Source: a virus. Taken from it: DNA of 64,000 bases. The first letter of the stretch is position 1. Each line of letters starts with the position of its first letter. Below, piece after piece: positions 7,601 through 18,900 of this stretch. The notes below the pieces were generated by a model that worked only from the letters and a program-made list of their open reading frames with translations, did no database searches and had not been told where the DNA came from. Both the position numbers and the translations under genes were made by a program. The DNA lies in IMG/VR virus record IMGVR_UViG_3300049856_000265, positions 1 to 64,000 of that record; one strand, 5' to 3'.

Positions 7601-10216
7601 ATGTCTAATAATAGTTTTCGAATAAAGAACTCAGCAGTACTAGTACCGGCTTCAAGCCCTACCCTTTCTGATCAGGGAGAATTAGCCTTTGATTCAGTTA
7701 CAGATACTATAAAAGTACGTAATTCAGCATCAACTGACACTCTTGCCCAAATCGCAGCTACTCAAACTTTTACTAATAAATCTATCAATGCGGCTACTAA
7801 TACAATCACTAATATTACAAATACTGAAGTTAGTGCATCGGCAGCTATCGCCTATTCAAAACTAGCACTATCCAATAGTATCGTAAATGCAGATATTAAT
7901 ACCTCAGCAGCTGTTGCTTATTCTAAACTAGCTTCAATGTCTACTGGCCAAATCCTTCTTGGTAATGCTGGTGTAGCTACAGCTACAACTCTCTCTGGAG
8001 ATATTACAGTTAATGCTACTGGCATAACTGCAATTGGAGCTGCTAAAGTTACTAATGCCATGCTAGCTGGCAGCATTGACGTTACTACTAAGGTTACTGG
8101 AATACTGCCTTTGGCTAATGGCGGCACTAACGCTTCGACTAAAGCTGGAGCTTTTGATTCTCTAAGTCCAATGACAACTCTCGGTGACACCATTTATGGT
8201 GGAGCTTCTGGAACTGGGACGCGTCTTCCTATCGGAACAACGAATCAAGTTTTGACCACAGTTGGAGGTATTCCTGCTTGGACTACTGTCAATTCTGGTG
8301 GCATTAACTACATCTCAGCTAATCCAAGTTCTGAAACTGATACTGCTGGATGGGCTACCTATGCCGACGCAGCTGGAAACATTCCAGTTGATGGTACTGG
8401 TGGTACTGCCACTGGTCTTACTTTTGCGCGTAGTACATCTTCTCCTCTTATTGGAACTGCATCTTTCTTGATGACTCAAGCTAATAGCACATCTCTTCAA
8501 GGTAAGGGAGTTAGCTACGATTTTACTATTGATTCAGCTTATAAAGCATCTGTTCTTAGTGTTCAATTTAACTATAATGCGTCTTCAACTTTCGTAGCAT
8601 CTAATGGTACTACAGCACCTCTTAATGACGGAACTACGACTACTAATGCTGGTAATTCTGATGTTGAAGTGTTCATATATGACATTACTAATGCTGTTCT
8701 TATTCCAGTATCTCCTCAAGTCATTACAGCTAACGGTGCTAATAACTTCGTATTTAAGGGCACATTTCAAACCGCTAGCAATTCTACTAGCTATCGTTTG
8801 ATTTTCCACGTAGCCACGGCTAATTCTAATGCAACAGGCTGGCAATTTAAGTTTGATGGCGTTTCAGTAGGTCCACAAGTCTCGGTAAGCGGCTCTGCTA
8901 TAACAGATTGGGTAGCTTATACTCCAACAGGGGCATGGACAGCAAATACGACATACACCGGGTATTACAGGCGCGTTGGAGACACTCTACAAACTTGGGT
9001 AAAGATTGCCCTAGCAGGCGCTCCAACTTCTGCAACCTTGTCCGTAAATCTTCCTTCTGGATTAACAATTGATACTACAAAATTTGATGCGGACACCGAT
9101 AACTACACTTTAGGTTTAGCTTATGCAAAATCGGCAGGAGCTGATTATCAGTCAAGCATTAGATACCAAACCTCTACAAGTGTGCAGCCGGTAAGCTGGT
9201 CTGTTTCTGGCGCTAGAGTTGGAAATGCTGCAATAACTCAAGCCGCACCGGCTACCTTTGCCAATGGTGATGAAATCCACATCGAGTATTCAGTTCCAGT
9301 TGCTGGATGGTCTTCAACTTCAGTAATGTCTAACGATACTGATACTAGAATCGTTTCAGCTCGATATACAGTAGGAGCTGCTCAAAATATCAACAGCAGT
9401 ACTACACCTTCTATTGTTAACTATAGTGCCCTTATTGAAGATACACATAGTGCGGTTACTACAGGAGCCTCTTGGAAATTTACAGTACCTATTGCTGGTG
9501 ATTATAAAGTAAATGCGGCTTTAGATTGGGGTGTTTACACTAATATAACAGCGGCGTCTTTTAACGTTTTTAAAAATGGTTCGCTTTTTGCTAGGTTACA
9601 AAATTTAGCTTCTTCGACTTTAGCTTCTCAACAAATGGGTGGCGGTTGTAAATTAACTGGATTAGTTGCTGGTGATACTATTGATGTTAGAGCTGCTCAA
9701 ACTGATAGCGGTTCAGCAACTCGGGCAATTGATACTGCTTCTACTCATGGATTTATTGAAATTGAACGACTTTCAGGTCCTGCGACTATTGCAGCAAGCG
9801 ATACGGTTGCTTGTAAATATACAGGAACAGCGAGCCCTACAATAACTACGGAAGCCATCATTAAGTACCAAACTCTTGATTATGATACCCATGGCGCATA
9901 TAGCGTTAGTACTGGTTTATTTACAGCTCCTATTAGTGGAAAATATCAAGTTACTGCACACGCTAGATTTAATAGTGCAAACTGGAGCGCTGCTCAGGCT
10001 GCAGTTCTTGGGGTTCAGTTTAATGGTGCTGCCGCAGCAAGTAATGCAATTGATGAACGCTACGGCGTTGGTGCTACTACAAACTTAGAGCCGTATGTTA
10101 TGAATACGTTTAATCTATTAGCTGGACAAACTTTAGCCATATCGGCATCGTCAGATGTATCATCAAGTCTTAGCTCTTCTAGAGCTTGGTTAACCATTAC
10201 TAGAGTAGGCAATTAA
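7601..10216 (+). CDS. Tail fibre / receptor-binding protein
   Basis: 871 aa, Ser/Thr/Ala-rich; AAIAYSKL repeats; two C1q-like modules (FTVPIAGDY, FTAPISGKY) at the C-terminus. Confidence 0.75.
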   Translation: MSNNSFRIKNSAVLVPASSPTLSDQGELAFDSVTDTIKVRNSASTDTLAQIAATQTFTNKSINAATNTITNITNTEVSASAAIAYSKLALSNSIVNADINTSAAVAYSKLASMSTGQILLGNAGVATATTLSGDITVNATGITAIGAAKVTNAMLAGSIDVTTKVTGILPLANGGTNASTKAGAFDSLSPMTTLGDTIYGGASGTGTRLPIGTTNQVLTTVGGIPAWTTVNSGGINYISANPSSETDTAGWATYADAAGNIPVDGTGGTATGLTFARSTSSPLIGTASFLMTQANSTSLQGKGVSYDFTIDSAYKASVLSVQFNYNASSTFVASNGTTAPLNDGTTTTNAGNSDVEVFIYDITNAVLIPVSPQVITANGANNFVFKGTFQTASNSTSYRLIFHVATANSNATGWQFKFDGVSVGPQVSVSGSAITDWVAYTPTGAWTANTTYTGYYRRVGDTLQTWVKIALAGAPTSATLSVNLPSGLTIDTTKFDADTDNYTLGLAYAKSAGADYQSSIRYQTSTSVQPVSWSVSGARVGNAAITQAAPATFANGDEIHIEYSVPVAGWSSTSVMSNDTDTRIVSARYTVGAAQNINSSTTPSIVNYSALIEDTHSAVTTGASWKFTVPIAGDYKVNAALDWGVYTNITAASFNVFKNGSLFARLQNLASSTLASQQMGGGCKLTGLVAGDTIDVRAAQTDSGSATRAIDTASTHGFIEIERLSGPATIAASDTVACKYTGTASPTITTEAIIKYQTLDYDTHGAYSVSTGLFTAPISGKYQVTAHARFNSANWSAAQAAVLGVQFNGAAAASNAIDERYGVGATTNLEPYVMNTFNLLAGQTLAISASSDVSSSLSSSRAWLTITRVGN

Positions 10217-10218
10217 TC

Positions 10219-10653
10219 ATGGATTTTAGCCAACTCAAGAACTATATCCAAGCTCGATATAAAGATGCTGGAGACTATTCTGACAAATTAGATGCTGATA
10301 CTAATCAGCAAATGTCAAATATCTACCAAAAGCTAGGAGCTACCCCAGAAGAGGCTGGTCAAAGAATTGCAGAAACCAATGATTTAGCTCAAAAAGGTGG
10401 TATGACCATGGGAGCAATTAATCCCGTAGGCTTGGCTGCACCTATTGAAGCTGCCGCTGCCGAAGCCGCCCCTGGCGCATTCCAAAAGATTAGGCAACTA
10501 TTTCAAAGTCCTGAAGCTGCCGGAAGGGCTCGAGCTAAAGCAGGAATGTCTGCAGCTGATCCTGTAGCTCAACGACTGCTAGCTCAAGAGCTTTCAACTG
10601 GATTACAAAAAACTAAAGTACCGACTAATTTCGGTAAGATTATCTATAAGTAA
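10219..10653 (+). CDS. Hypothetical protein
   Basis: Tightly spaced ORF in the virion operon. Confidence 0.6.
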   Translation: MDFSQLKNYIQARYKDAGDYSDKLDADTNQQMSNIYQKLGATPEEAGQRIAETNDLAQKGGMTMGAINPVGLAAPIEAAAAEAAPGAFQKIRQLFQSPEAAGRARAKAGMSAADPVAQRLLAQELSTGLQKTKVPTNFGKIIYK

Positions 10654-10663
10654 GGGAGATATT

Positions 10664-10867
10664 GTGCCTAGCATTTCAAAAAGTCAGTTCCGCTTCATGC
10701 AAATGATGGCGCATAATCCAAAGATTGCTAAAGAGCATGGCATGAAGCCCACTGCGGCGAAAGAGTACGTAAGCGAGAATAAGGGCAGCGAAGCCTATAG
10801 TGAATTGCCTGAAAAGGCTTCTAAATTTAATAAACTCAAAAGCTATTTGAGCAAAAAGGGCAAATAA
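10664..10867 (+). CDS. Small basic phage protein
   Basis: GGGAG RBS with GTG start; MPSxSKxQxRFM N-terminus common in phage virion regions. Confidence 0.6.
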   Translation: MPSISKSQFRFMQMMAHNPKIAKEHGMKPTAAKEYVSENKGSEAYSELPEKASKFNKLKSYLSKKGK

Positions 10868-11131
10868 ATGTCTATAAGCGATTTCGACTCACCTCAGATT
10901 ATCCAGAAAGTATATGATAATTCTGGGCAAGCTTTAAAAGTTAAAGGTATAGGCGCTACCTTAGTAACTGAATCTTATGATTACATTGCGCTTACTAATA
11001 GTGTAATAAGTGGAACTACGGTTCCTGTTACGATTGTGTATAAAACGGGCGGTGCTTCTGGTACTGTTGTAGCAACTCTTACTCTAACTTATGATGGAAG
11101 TGCAAATCTTCTAACGGTAACAAAGGTATAA
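10868..11131 (+). CDS. Small virion protein
   Basis: YKTGGASGTVVATLTLTYD beta motif; N-terminus resembles 13683..14171. Confidence 0.55.
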   Translation: MSISDFDSPQIIQKVYDNSGQALKVKGIGATLVTESYDYIALTNSVISGTTVPVTIVYKTGGASGTVVATLTLTYDGSANLLTVTKV

Positions 11132-11132
11132 G

Positions 11133-11771
11133 ATGGGTTTAGAACGACAATACCTTTATCCAGTAGATGAGACTGCGACTGTTCGCAAGACTCAATGGAT
11201 TTGCGTTTGTCCAAGTTGTCAATGTGAACGCCTTATTTCATATGCTCAAAAATGGAACATTGAAACAGGTAAGAATACATATAAGTGTAAGGATTGTTCG
11301 GAAGCGCCCAACGGGGTCCCTCCAAAACCTACCTTAGAAACTCAAAAAAAGGCTACAGCAGCCCGAGTTGGTATAAAAAGACCTAAATCTATAGAAAATT
11401 GTAAATATCGTTATCTTTTTAATTCTGAAAGCTATAGTTCTGATATTTCTAAAATAAAACAAAGAATTGCTAAACTTGGTAAAGTTGGTGAATTAGCAAA
11501 TAATTGGCAAGGTGGTAAAGTTAAAGAGCGACAACTTGCAACAGGCCGTGATGACTATAAACAATTACGAAAATTTGTATTTGAACGAGATTCTTATTCT
11601 TGTCAAATATGTAATAAGTACAGTGGAAAATTAGAAATGGATCATATTAAAGAATGGTGCAATTATCCAGAGCTTCGATATGAAGCGACTAATTGTAGAA
11701 CTTTATGTCATGATTGTCATAAAAAAACAGACAATTATGCTTCAAAAGCTCTTAAGAATAGGAAGAGCTAG
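11133..11771 (+). CDS. HNH homing endonuclease
   Basis: NWQGG…VFERDSYSCQIC…EMDHIK…NCRTLCHDCH. Confidence 0.85.
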   Translation: MGLERQYLYPVDETATVRKTQWICVCPSCQCERLISYAQKWNIETGKNTYKCKDCSEAPNGVPPKPTLETQKKATAARVGIKRPKSIENCKYRYLFNSESYSSDISKIKQRIAKLGKVGELANNWQGGKVKERQLATGRDDYKQLRKFVFERDSYSCQICNKYSGKLEMDHIKEWCNYPELRYEATNCRTLCHDCHKKTDNYASKALKNRKS

Positions 11772-13394
11772 ATGGCCAAACTTGTCTTTAATCCATTTAC
11801 TTCCCAGCTCGACTATACAGGTGCTGGCAGTTCTTACACTGCCGACGGCCAAGGTATTGAGCTGACTGGGACTATATTTAGTCTTGAATTAGATAGTACA
11901 ACTTTATCCAAAAGCGCTACAGGACTTAAGGTAGCGACAGGCGGTATTACTAACAATGAAGTGGCAGTAGCTGCCGCAATTGATTTTAGTAAACTAAACT
12001 CCTTAGCTGTAGATTCTTCTCTTATTCCTGATTCGGATGGTCCTCGTAGCTTAGGATCTACCTCTAACCGATGGGGTGCAACCTTCGTCACTGAATTAGA
12101 CGACACTACAGGTGCTCCAGTACTGATAGTACCAAATAGAACTTTAAATAGTTCGAACGGATTTACTTCAGTTGATTTTCAAGGACGCCTACTTTTTGCT
12201 TCCGATCCAGGTGAAGAAGGAGATATCCAAGCTCTTTCCGCTAATTACCAAAGTAGAGTATTATATGCTCCAGGATCAACTGCAATGCTTAGTTGGGGTG
12301 GTACGGATATAAGTGCCAACTCTCATAAAATAACAGATCTTGCAGCTCCTACCGTTAATGGTGATGCTTTACGATTTGACCAACTAGGTGCCAATAACGG
12401 AATAGCAACTCTAGACGGTGGCGGTAAAATTCCAACAGGTCAACTTCCTTCATCAGTAATGACTTATGAAGGTATTTGGAATGCTTCAACTAACACTCCT
12501 ACGTTAGTTGACGGTACCGGCGATGCCGGTATGGTATATCTTGTAACTGTTGCCGGAACGCAAGATTTAGGTTCTGGATCTCAGACTTTTGCAATAGGTG
12601 ATTGGGTTGTAGCTAATTCTAGCGTAGTTTGGCAGAAATCTATTAATTCTAATGCAGTAGTGTCTGTGAATAGTCAAACGGGCGTAGTTACTATAAATGC
12701 CATCAATCAATTGACTGGCGATGTTACTACTTCCGCAGCTTCTGGATCTGAGTCTAAGGCTACTACTATTGCTGCTGGCGTAGTTTCAGCTACTAAACTT
12801 GGAACAGTTACCGATGGCGTAACTCTTGACCAAGGTGGCGCAGGCTCTACTCTTGAGATTAAAACAGGCGGCATATCAAATACTCAAGTCAACGCCTCTG
12901 CAGCTATAACTCTTACTAAACTAGCAGCTACAACGGCTAGCCGGGCTTTAGTTTCAGATGGCTCAGGTTTCATTTCTCCATCAGCTGTCACTTCTACTGA
13001 ACTTGGATACGTCTCAGGTGTAACTTCAGCTATCCAAACTCAAATTAATAATCTAATATCAACTGGAGACCTTAATCAAACCAGTTTTAGCGCAGTTAAT
13101 AATCAAGCAGCAGCGGCTAACGTTACTGGACTAGCCTTTGCTAATGCTTCAGTACGTTCTTTTGAAGCTCAAGTAAGCGTGACAATACTAGCCACGGGTA
13201 ATTTATATGAAGTATTTACATTAAGAGGCATCCAAAAAGACGCGTCATGGGATCTAGCCCAAACTTCAAATGGAGACACTTCAGGTATAGTGTTTACTAT
13301 TACTTCAGCTGGTCAAGTTCAGTACACTTCAACTAACGTTTCCGGATTTACTTCAAATACCATGAAGTTTAGAGCAAAGGTATTGAGCGTATAA
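11772..13394 (+). CDS. Tail fibre-like structural protein
   Basis: LVFNPFT start, NGIATLD, YEGIWNASTNTPTL and VVSVNSQTGVV fibre motifs. Confidence 0.7.
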   Translation: MAKLVFNPFTSQLDYTGAGSSYTADGQGIELTGTIFSLELDSTTLSKSATGLKVATGGITNNEVAVAAAIDFSKLNSLAVDSSLIPDSDGPRSLGSTSNRWGATFVTELDDTTGAPVLIVPNRTLNSSNGFTSVDFQGRLLFASDPGEEGDIQALSANYQSRVLYAPGSTAMLSWGGTDISANSHKITDLAAPTVNGDALRFDQLGANNGIATLDGGGKIPTGQLPSSVMTYEGIWNASTNTPTLVDGTGDAGMVYLVTVAGTQDLGSGSQTFAIGDWVVANSSVVWQKSINSNAVVSVNSQTGVVTINAINQLTGDVTTSAASGSESKATTIAAGVVSATKLGTVTDGVTLDQGGAGSTLEIKTGGISNTQVNASAAITLTKLAATTASRALVSDGSGFISPSAVTSTELGYVSGVTSAIQTQINNLISTGDLNQTSFSAVNNQAAAANVTGLAFANASVRSFEAQVSVTILATGNLYEVFTLRGIQKDASWDLAQTSNGDTSGIVFTITSAGQVQYTSTNVSGFTSNTMKFRAKVLSV

Positions 13395-13395
13395 T

Positions 13396-13686
13396 ATGAA
13401 CATTTTGGATAAAGCTAAAGAACTAATTAAAAAACTAAATGAGCAAGGAGTTCCTTTGCCCATGGTTCGAGTTAACGGTGCGCCCACGCTGACGGGCACT
13501 CTAGTAGTCCTTAGTTTTACGACTGCATTGCTAGGTCAATTGGGAAAACTGGCCCATTTCTTTGGAAATGTAGACCTGGCCAATTCCAACTATCTCTTCG
13601 GTATTGCGCTAAGCGCCTACCTAGGCCGTAAAATGATGGGTTCAAAAGACTCAGTTACTATTGAAAAAGACGAGGATAAAAAATGA
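13396..13686 (+). CDS. Small membrane protein, holin candidate
   Basis: Two hydrophobic segments, YLGRK, charged C-terminal tail. Confidence 0.45.
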   Translation: MNILDKAKELIKKLNEQGVPLPMVRVNGAPTLTGTLVVLSFTTALLGQLGKLAHFFGNVDLANSNYLFGIALSAYLGRKMMGSKDSVTIEKDEDKK

Positions 13687-14171
13687 GCGCTAATCCAAAC
13701 ATTTCTGATCTAGACTTTACACAAGCGCTAAAACGCTGTGTAGACTCAACTGACGATACTTTGCGCGTCGAACTATCTTCGGCTACCGGAATGGACGTTG
13801 AACTTAGTGCAGCTGATGGCGATACTATTTCAGCTCTATCCCTTAATTATAGCGGTACTGGAACTGTAACTAGCTCTAATGTGGCTACTGACGTAGTAGT
13901 TGCTGCTATGGACGTTTCTACGACTAAACAGCTTCAGCTCTTTGCAGATGTTGGTGCTGGAGTAACTGGGATAGCTACTTTGAAGATCCAAATCAGTCCT
14001 TCAGCTTCTGCTAACGTCTGGATTGATTCTGGAGTGACTTTAGCTGTTACTGGAGCTTCAAATCTTAAATCTACTCAAGTATCTGATATTGCTATGCGCG
14101 CCCGCGTAGTAGTAGTTTCTAATACTATTAGTGCCGGAACTGGCAGTCTTTACCTTATCGCGAGAAGCTAA
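13683..14171 (+). CDS. Virion structural protein
   Basis: Beta-rich sequence; located in the structural operon. Confidence 0.55.
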   Translation: MSANPNISDLDFTQALKRCVDSTDDTLRVELSSATGMDVELSAADGDTISALSLNYSGTGTVTSSNVATDVVVAAMDVSTTKQLQLFADVGAGVTGIATLKIQISPSASANVWIDSGVTLAVTGASNLKSTQVSDIAMRARVVVVSNTISAGTGSLYLIARS

Positions 14172-14578
14172 TGGGTAGAATGACACTAAGCTCTAAAAAG
14201 CTCCCAGTTGAAGATCAGATCGAGGTGGCTCAAGAGCCTACCTTGGAGATTGTCGTTCAACCTGAGCCTACTGAGCGCGTTATAGAGGTTATTAAAGAGG
14301 TACGAATCGAGGTACCCGTAGAAGTGCGCGTAGAAGTCCCAGTTGAGCGTATTGTTGAAGTTATTAAAGAAGTACCTACGACTATTTTTGTAGACCGAGT
14401 AGTCGAAAAGCAAGTAGAAGTACTAGTTGAAGTACCAGTAATCCAAGTTCAAGAAGTCGAAAAGATTGTAAGAATTCCAGTGATCGAAGTACGAAAAGTC
14501 ACTCCTCAATGGATTCGATGGGTTACCTTAATCGCAGTAGTTGAGGCCCTAATTATAGGGCTTTTGGCAAACAAATAA
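14171..14578 (+). CDS. VEVP-repeat protein with C-terminal membrane anchor
   Basis: Repeats VEVPVE/RIVEVIKEVP; hydrophobic C-terminus. Confidence 0.6.
   Translation: MGRMTLSSKKLPVEDQIEVAQEPTLEIVVQPEPTERVIEVIKEVRIEVPVEVRVEVPVERIVEVIKEVPTTIFVDRVVEKQVEVLVEVPVIQVQEVEKIVRIPVIEVRKVTPQWIRWVTLIAVVEALIIGLLANK
14570..14577 (+). promoter_or_regulatory. Putative late promoter motif AACAAATA
   Basis: At the gene junction before 14607. Confidence 0.5.
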
Positions 14579-14606
14579 GTAAGTATAGATATTTAAGGGG
14601 ATAAGA

Positions 14607-14972
14607 ATGAAAGATATGAAAGAATCAACCAGCTCTAAAGTTAAGATGGACTTGCTTCAGCACCTTCGCAAAATGGCGATGCAAATGATCAACGATGGTC
14701 ATGGTGATGGCGAAGTTCCTGGACACATGGAAAGTGTACAAGTAGCTGCTAAAGATAAAGCAGGCTTGGCTGAAGGTTTGGATAAAGCTAAAGAAATCGT
14801 AGGCCGCGATGCTCACGGTTCTTTGAGCAAGATTCCTGGCGTTGAAGGCGTTAATGATGAAATGGCTTCTGAACCAGATGACGCTTTGGAAGAGACTTCT
14901 GAAGAAGATCCAGCCGCTCTTAAAGCTGAAATTGAAAAACTGAAAGCTGAACTCGCTAAGCACGGCAAATAG
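14607..14972 (+). CDS. Acidic hypothetical protein
   Basis: AAGGGG RBS; C-terminal coiled coil. Confidence 0.6.
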   Translation: MKDMKESTSSKVKMDLLQHLRKMAMQMINDGHGDGEVPGHMESVQVAAKDKAGLAEGLDKAKEIVGRDAHGSLSKIPGVEGVNDEMASEPDDALEETSEEDPAALKAEIEKLKAELAKHGK

Positions 14973-14998
14973 TTTAGTCTTTAAGAAAGGACTACTAT

Positions 14999-15946
14999 AT
15001 GGCTAAGTTGGCAATGAATAGCTCCGATCTCTTGGCATCGATCAAGAGTCGTGCATTAGTACCTACTTCGCAAATTACTTTTTCAGATGAAGATCTGTTA
15101 AACTTTGCGACAGAAGAAGTTAGCTTAAAGCTAGTGCCTTCTATTCTCGCAGTTCGAGAAGAGTTCTACGTTACTGAGGAAGTACAAAATTTAGTCGATA
15201 ATCAATCAAACTATAAGATCCCCTATAGATCAATTGGTAATCGAGTACGCTTTGTATATATCAATCAGTCTGGAACTCAAGCTCAACCTTTAGCCCAACT
15301 TCCTATCGAAGATATTATTGAATATCAAGAAGATAACTTTTCCTATCAAAATGCTGGATTTTATCTTCAAAATGATGAAATAGTCATCATGCCGCCCATT
15401 ACTGCTTCGGCTAATGGGACTATTGTCTTTAAATACTATCTTAAGCCTAATGCCGTTGTACTTTTAAGTCGCGGCGCTAAGATTACAGCCATCAATACCA
15501 CAACTGGTGAAATTTCAGTTGAAACTGTTCCATCTAACATCTCAGTCAATTCTGAAGTAGACTTTATAGGCAGTACTGGTAATTTTAAGACCAAGGCTTT
15601 TGACATTATAGCTTCTGGAGTCAGTTCGATATCCAAAATTATCATGGTAAGTCCTGGCGACATCCCTACTAATCTATCAGTAGGTGATTATATCTGTACG
15701 GCTGGGGAAACTGTTATTCCTCAAGTTCCAGCTGAACTTCAAGTAATGCTTGCTCAAGCTGTTGCTTGCCGCGTTCTTGAAGCCTTGGACGATACTGTAG
15801 GCCTTCAAAATGCTAATGCTAAGCTTGCTGAAATGGAAGCTAAACTTTTGAATGTGATCTCGTCAAGGATAGAAGCCCCAGGTCGCAAAATAACTAATCG
15901 AAATTCGTTTTTAAGAAATAGACGCTATAACCGTCAACGTTACTAA
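14999..15946 (+). CDS. Head-tail adaptor (tail tubular A-like)
   Basis: Size and position before the nozzle gene; N-terminal helix pair DLLASIKSRA…FSDEDLLNFATEE. Confidence 0.55.
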   Translation: MAKLAMNSSDLLASIKSRALVPTSQITFSDEDLLNFATEEVSLKLVPSILAVREEFYVTEEVQNLVDNQSNYKIPYRSIGNRVRFVYINQSGTQAQPLAQLPIEDIIEYQEDNFSYQNAGFYLQNDEIVIMPPITASANGTIVFKYYLKPNAVVLLSRGAKITAINTTTGEISVETVPSNISVNSEVDFIGSTGNFKTKAFDIIASGVSSISKIIMVSPGDIPTNLSVGDYICTAGETVIPQVPAELQVMLAQAVACRVLEALDDTVGLQNANAKLAEMEAKLLNVISSRIEAPGRKITNRNSFLRNRRYNRQRY

Positions 15947-15954
15947 GGAGTCCC

Positions 15955-18900
15955 GTGGCAGTTGAAGTAAAACTACATTTATCGGGACTTTTTACAAATT
16001 CCAACTCACTTGGATCTGTTCCTGAAGGCGCACTAGTTGTAGCCAATAACATCGTCATCGATAAAGATGATGTTGTGGAATCACGTCGTGGTTTTAAAGT
16101 ATATGGCGATCCTGCTAGTGCTCCTATTGCTCAACTTTTGAACTATAAAGATATTGCAATACGTCAATATTCGGAATATTTGGATTATGACAGCACCGGA
16201 AGTCCTGGTATTTTTACTAAGTATCAAGAATTGGTTTGGAAGTATTCTACAAGTCTAGTTCGAACTAGTGCAATTCTAGCTACGTTTACCAGTATCAAAC
16301 CCCACGGTTTAGTTACTGGTGATACCGTACTTATTAGTGGAGCCACTCAAGCGGCTTATAATGGGTATTTTGTAGTTAACGTAAGCACCCCTAGTATTTT
16401 TACATATGCTTTGGCTACTGATCCTATTGTGAACGCTACAGGATTTCCTGTAATTGAAACCAGAACTGCCCACGTTTCACCAGTAGATGCTAGCAATAAA
16501 GTGCGCGGCTATGAAGCAGTGAATAGTAATTTCTATTTTACATCATCCAAAGGTATCAGGAGACTGTCTGCAGTAGATGGATTTATATCCAATGCTGGAG
16601 CTATTAAAGCTTTGGATATCTCGCTTGATCTTGTTCCGGCTACTACTAGTCCTATCCTTCCTCAAAACTCGCAACTTGGATATCGCGTACTTTGGGGCTA
16701 TAAAGACGTTAACGGTAACTTCTTTTATGGATCGCCCAGCACTCGTAACACTATTGGATTGAGTGTTTCTGATCTTATCTTGCCTGATTTTAATACTTTG
16801 CTAAATAAGATCGACGCTGCAGCTGCTGCCAATGGTGGGGCTACTGATCCTAATCATCTATCCGATGTAAATTACTTTTCAACTTTAAACATTGCTACTA
16901 CTTCTTCTGCTGCAGTTTTAAATAGTGCTCTAAAAGGCCTAGCTGCTAAATTAGAAAATGATTTAAACTATACAAGTGGCGGCACTGCAGGATCCTTAAA
17001 TCCACGATATGGACGTTCTCCAGGAGTAACGGGTGGTTCACCTGCTATTACTGCAAATACAGCAGCTGCTCAAACGATAGTAGCCTCATTAGCTCATGGT
17101 TTAACTAATGGATCACTTATCACTATTGAAGGCTCTAATAGCATTCCGTCAATCGACGGTCAATATACCATCTTTGGAGTAACTGCTAATACTTTTACTA
17201 TAAATGTTACAGTAACTACGGCAGGTAGTACTGGAACTTGGACAAGTGGCTTAGCTCAAAATTATCCTACTCCCACGACGGACGTTGCTCAAGACTATAT
17301 TGATCAGCAAGCCTTTTTTGACGGCATTGTAGATCTTTTATTGCTAGAGCCCGATCCTACTAAAATCTTAACCGCAGCCCAAACTGCTGGAGCTTTTACT
17401 AATAGCACTCAAGGCGAAAATGTATCAATTACCTTGTCAGTACCGGATGACGTAACTCCTAGCCATTTCTATCAAATCTATAGAACTGCGGCTTCGGCTG
17501 GATCAGATGTTGATCCTGGCGATACTGAAGGGCTTGTATTTGAAGATAATCCTACGGCAGCTCAGATTATTGCTGGAACTATTACAGTTACAGATGATAC
17601 TACAGACGACTTCCGAGGGGCCGATCTTTATACGAATCCTACCCAAGAAGGCATTTTGCAAGCTAATGAGCCGCCACCTTGGGCTAAAGACATCACAATC
17701 TATAAGAATATCATGTTCTTTGCTAACACTAAAACTCTCCAAAAGAAGCAAGTATCCTTGTTTGGAACGGCTGGATTAATTGGAACGACTATTACTATCA
17801 ATGGAGTAGTCTTTACTTTCGCAGCTAGTGAAAATACAGCTATGGGAGATGTTCTAGTCGATACTTCTGGAACTCCTGCTCAAAATGCTGATACTACGGC
17901 TAGAAGTTTAGTTAAAGTAGTAAATCGTTATCCCGCCAATACGACAGTTTATGCTTATTACATCTCTGGAACTAATGACGTTCCAGGCCAGATCCTATTT
18001 GAAGCGCGTAATTTGGATGTGCCTCAGTTTTCTATACAAGAAAGTAATGCCTCAGTAGGCGATACTAACTTCAATCCTTCCATTGGAACTACTGCAGTAA
18101 CTTCAGATAATGAAACTACTAAAAATAGAGTGTACTACTCTAAGCAAAATCAGTTTGAAGCTGTTCCTTTACTTAACTATTTCAATGTGGGTAGCGGCGA
18201 TAAGGACATTATCCGGGTAATTCCTTTACGAGATAGCCTATTCGTTCTTAAATCAGATGGCATATATCGTATTTCAGGAGATACTACATCTAGTCTTAAC
18301 TTGACCTTGTTTGATAGCACAACTTCGATTAAAGGTCCTGAAACTATCGCAGTTGGTAATAATCAAATCAATACCTTTTCAGATGAAGGCGTAGTTACGA
18401 TTTCAGATACTGGTATTAATATTATATCCAGACCCATTGAAAACCAGATCTTACCTATTACTCATTTTACTAATCTTAATAGTACGGCTTTTGCAGTTTA
18501 CTATCATACTGATCGAAAATATATTCTATTTCTTCCTGAAACTGAAACGGATACTGTCGCAACTATAGCTTGGGTTTATAACAATATTACCAATGCTTGG
18601 GTAAATTGGGACATGTCTAAAACGTGTGCTATCAATAATACAGCTGATGATAAGCTCTATTTTGGAGCCGCTGATATTAACTATATCGAGCAGGAACGAA
18701 AGAATTACGATAGAACCGACTTTGCAGATCGAGAATATACTTTAACTATAAATGCCTATGATTCTGAACTTAATCAAGTAACTGTAGGTAGTGTTTTGCA
18801 AGTGGCTATTGGAGATGTGCTAGTCCAAACACAAAGCCATCTTAACGGCAATAGCGGAACTATTACGGCTATCAGTACTGGATCCGTGATTACTTCAGTT

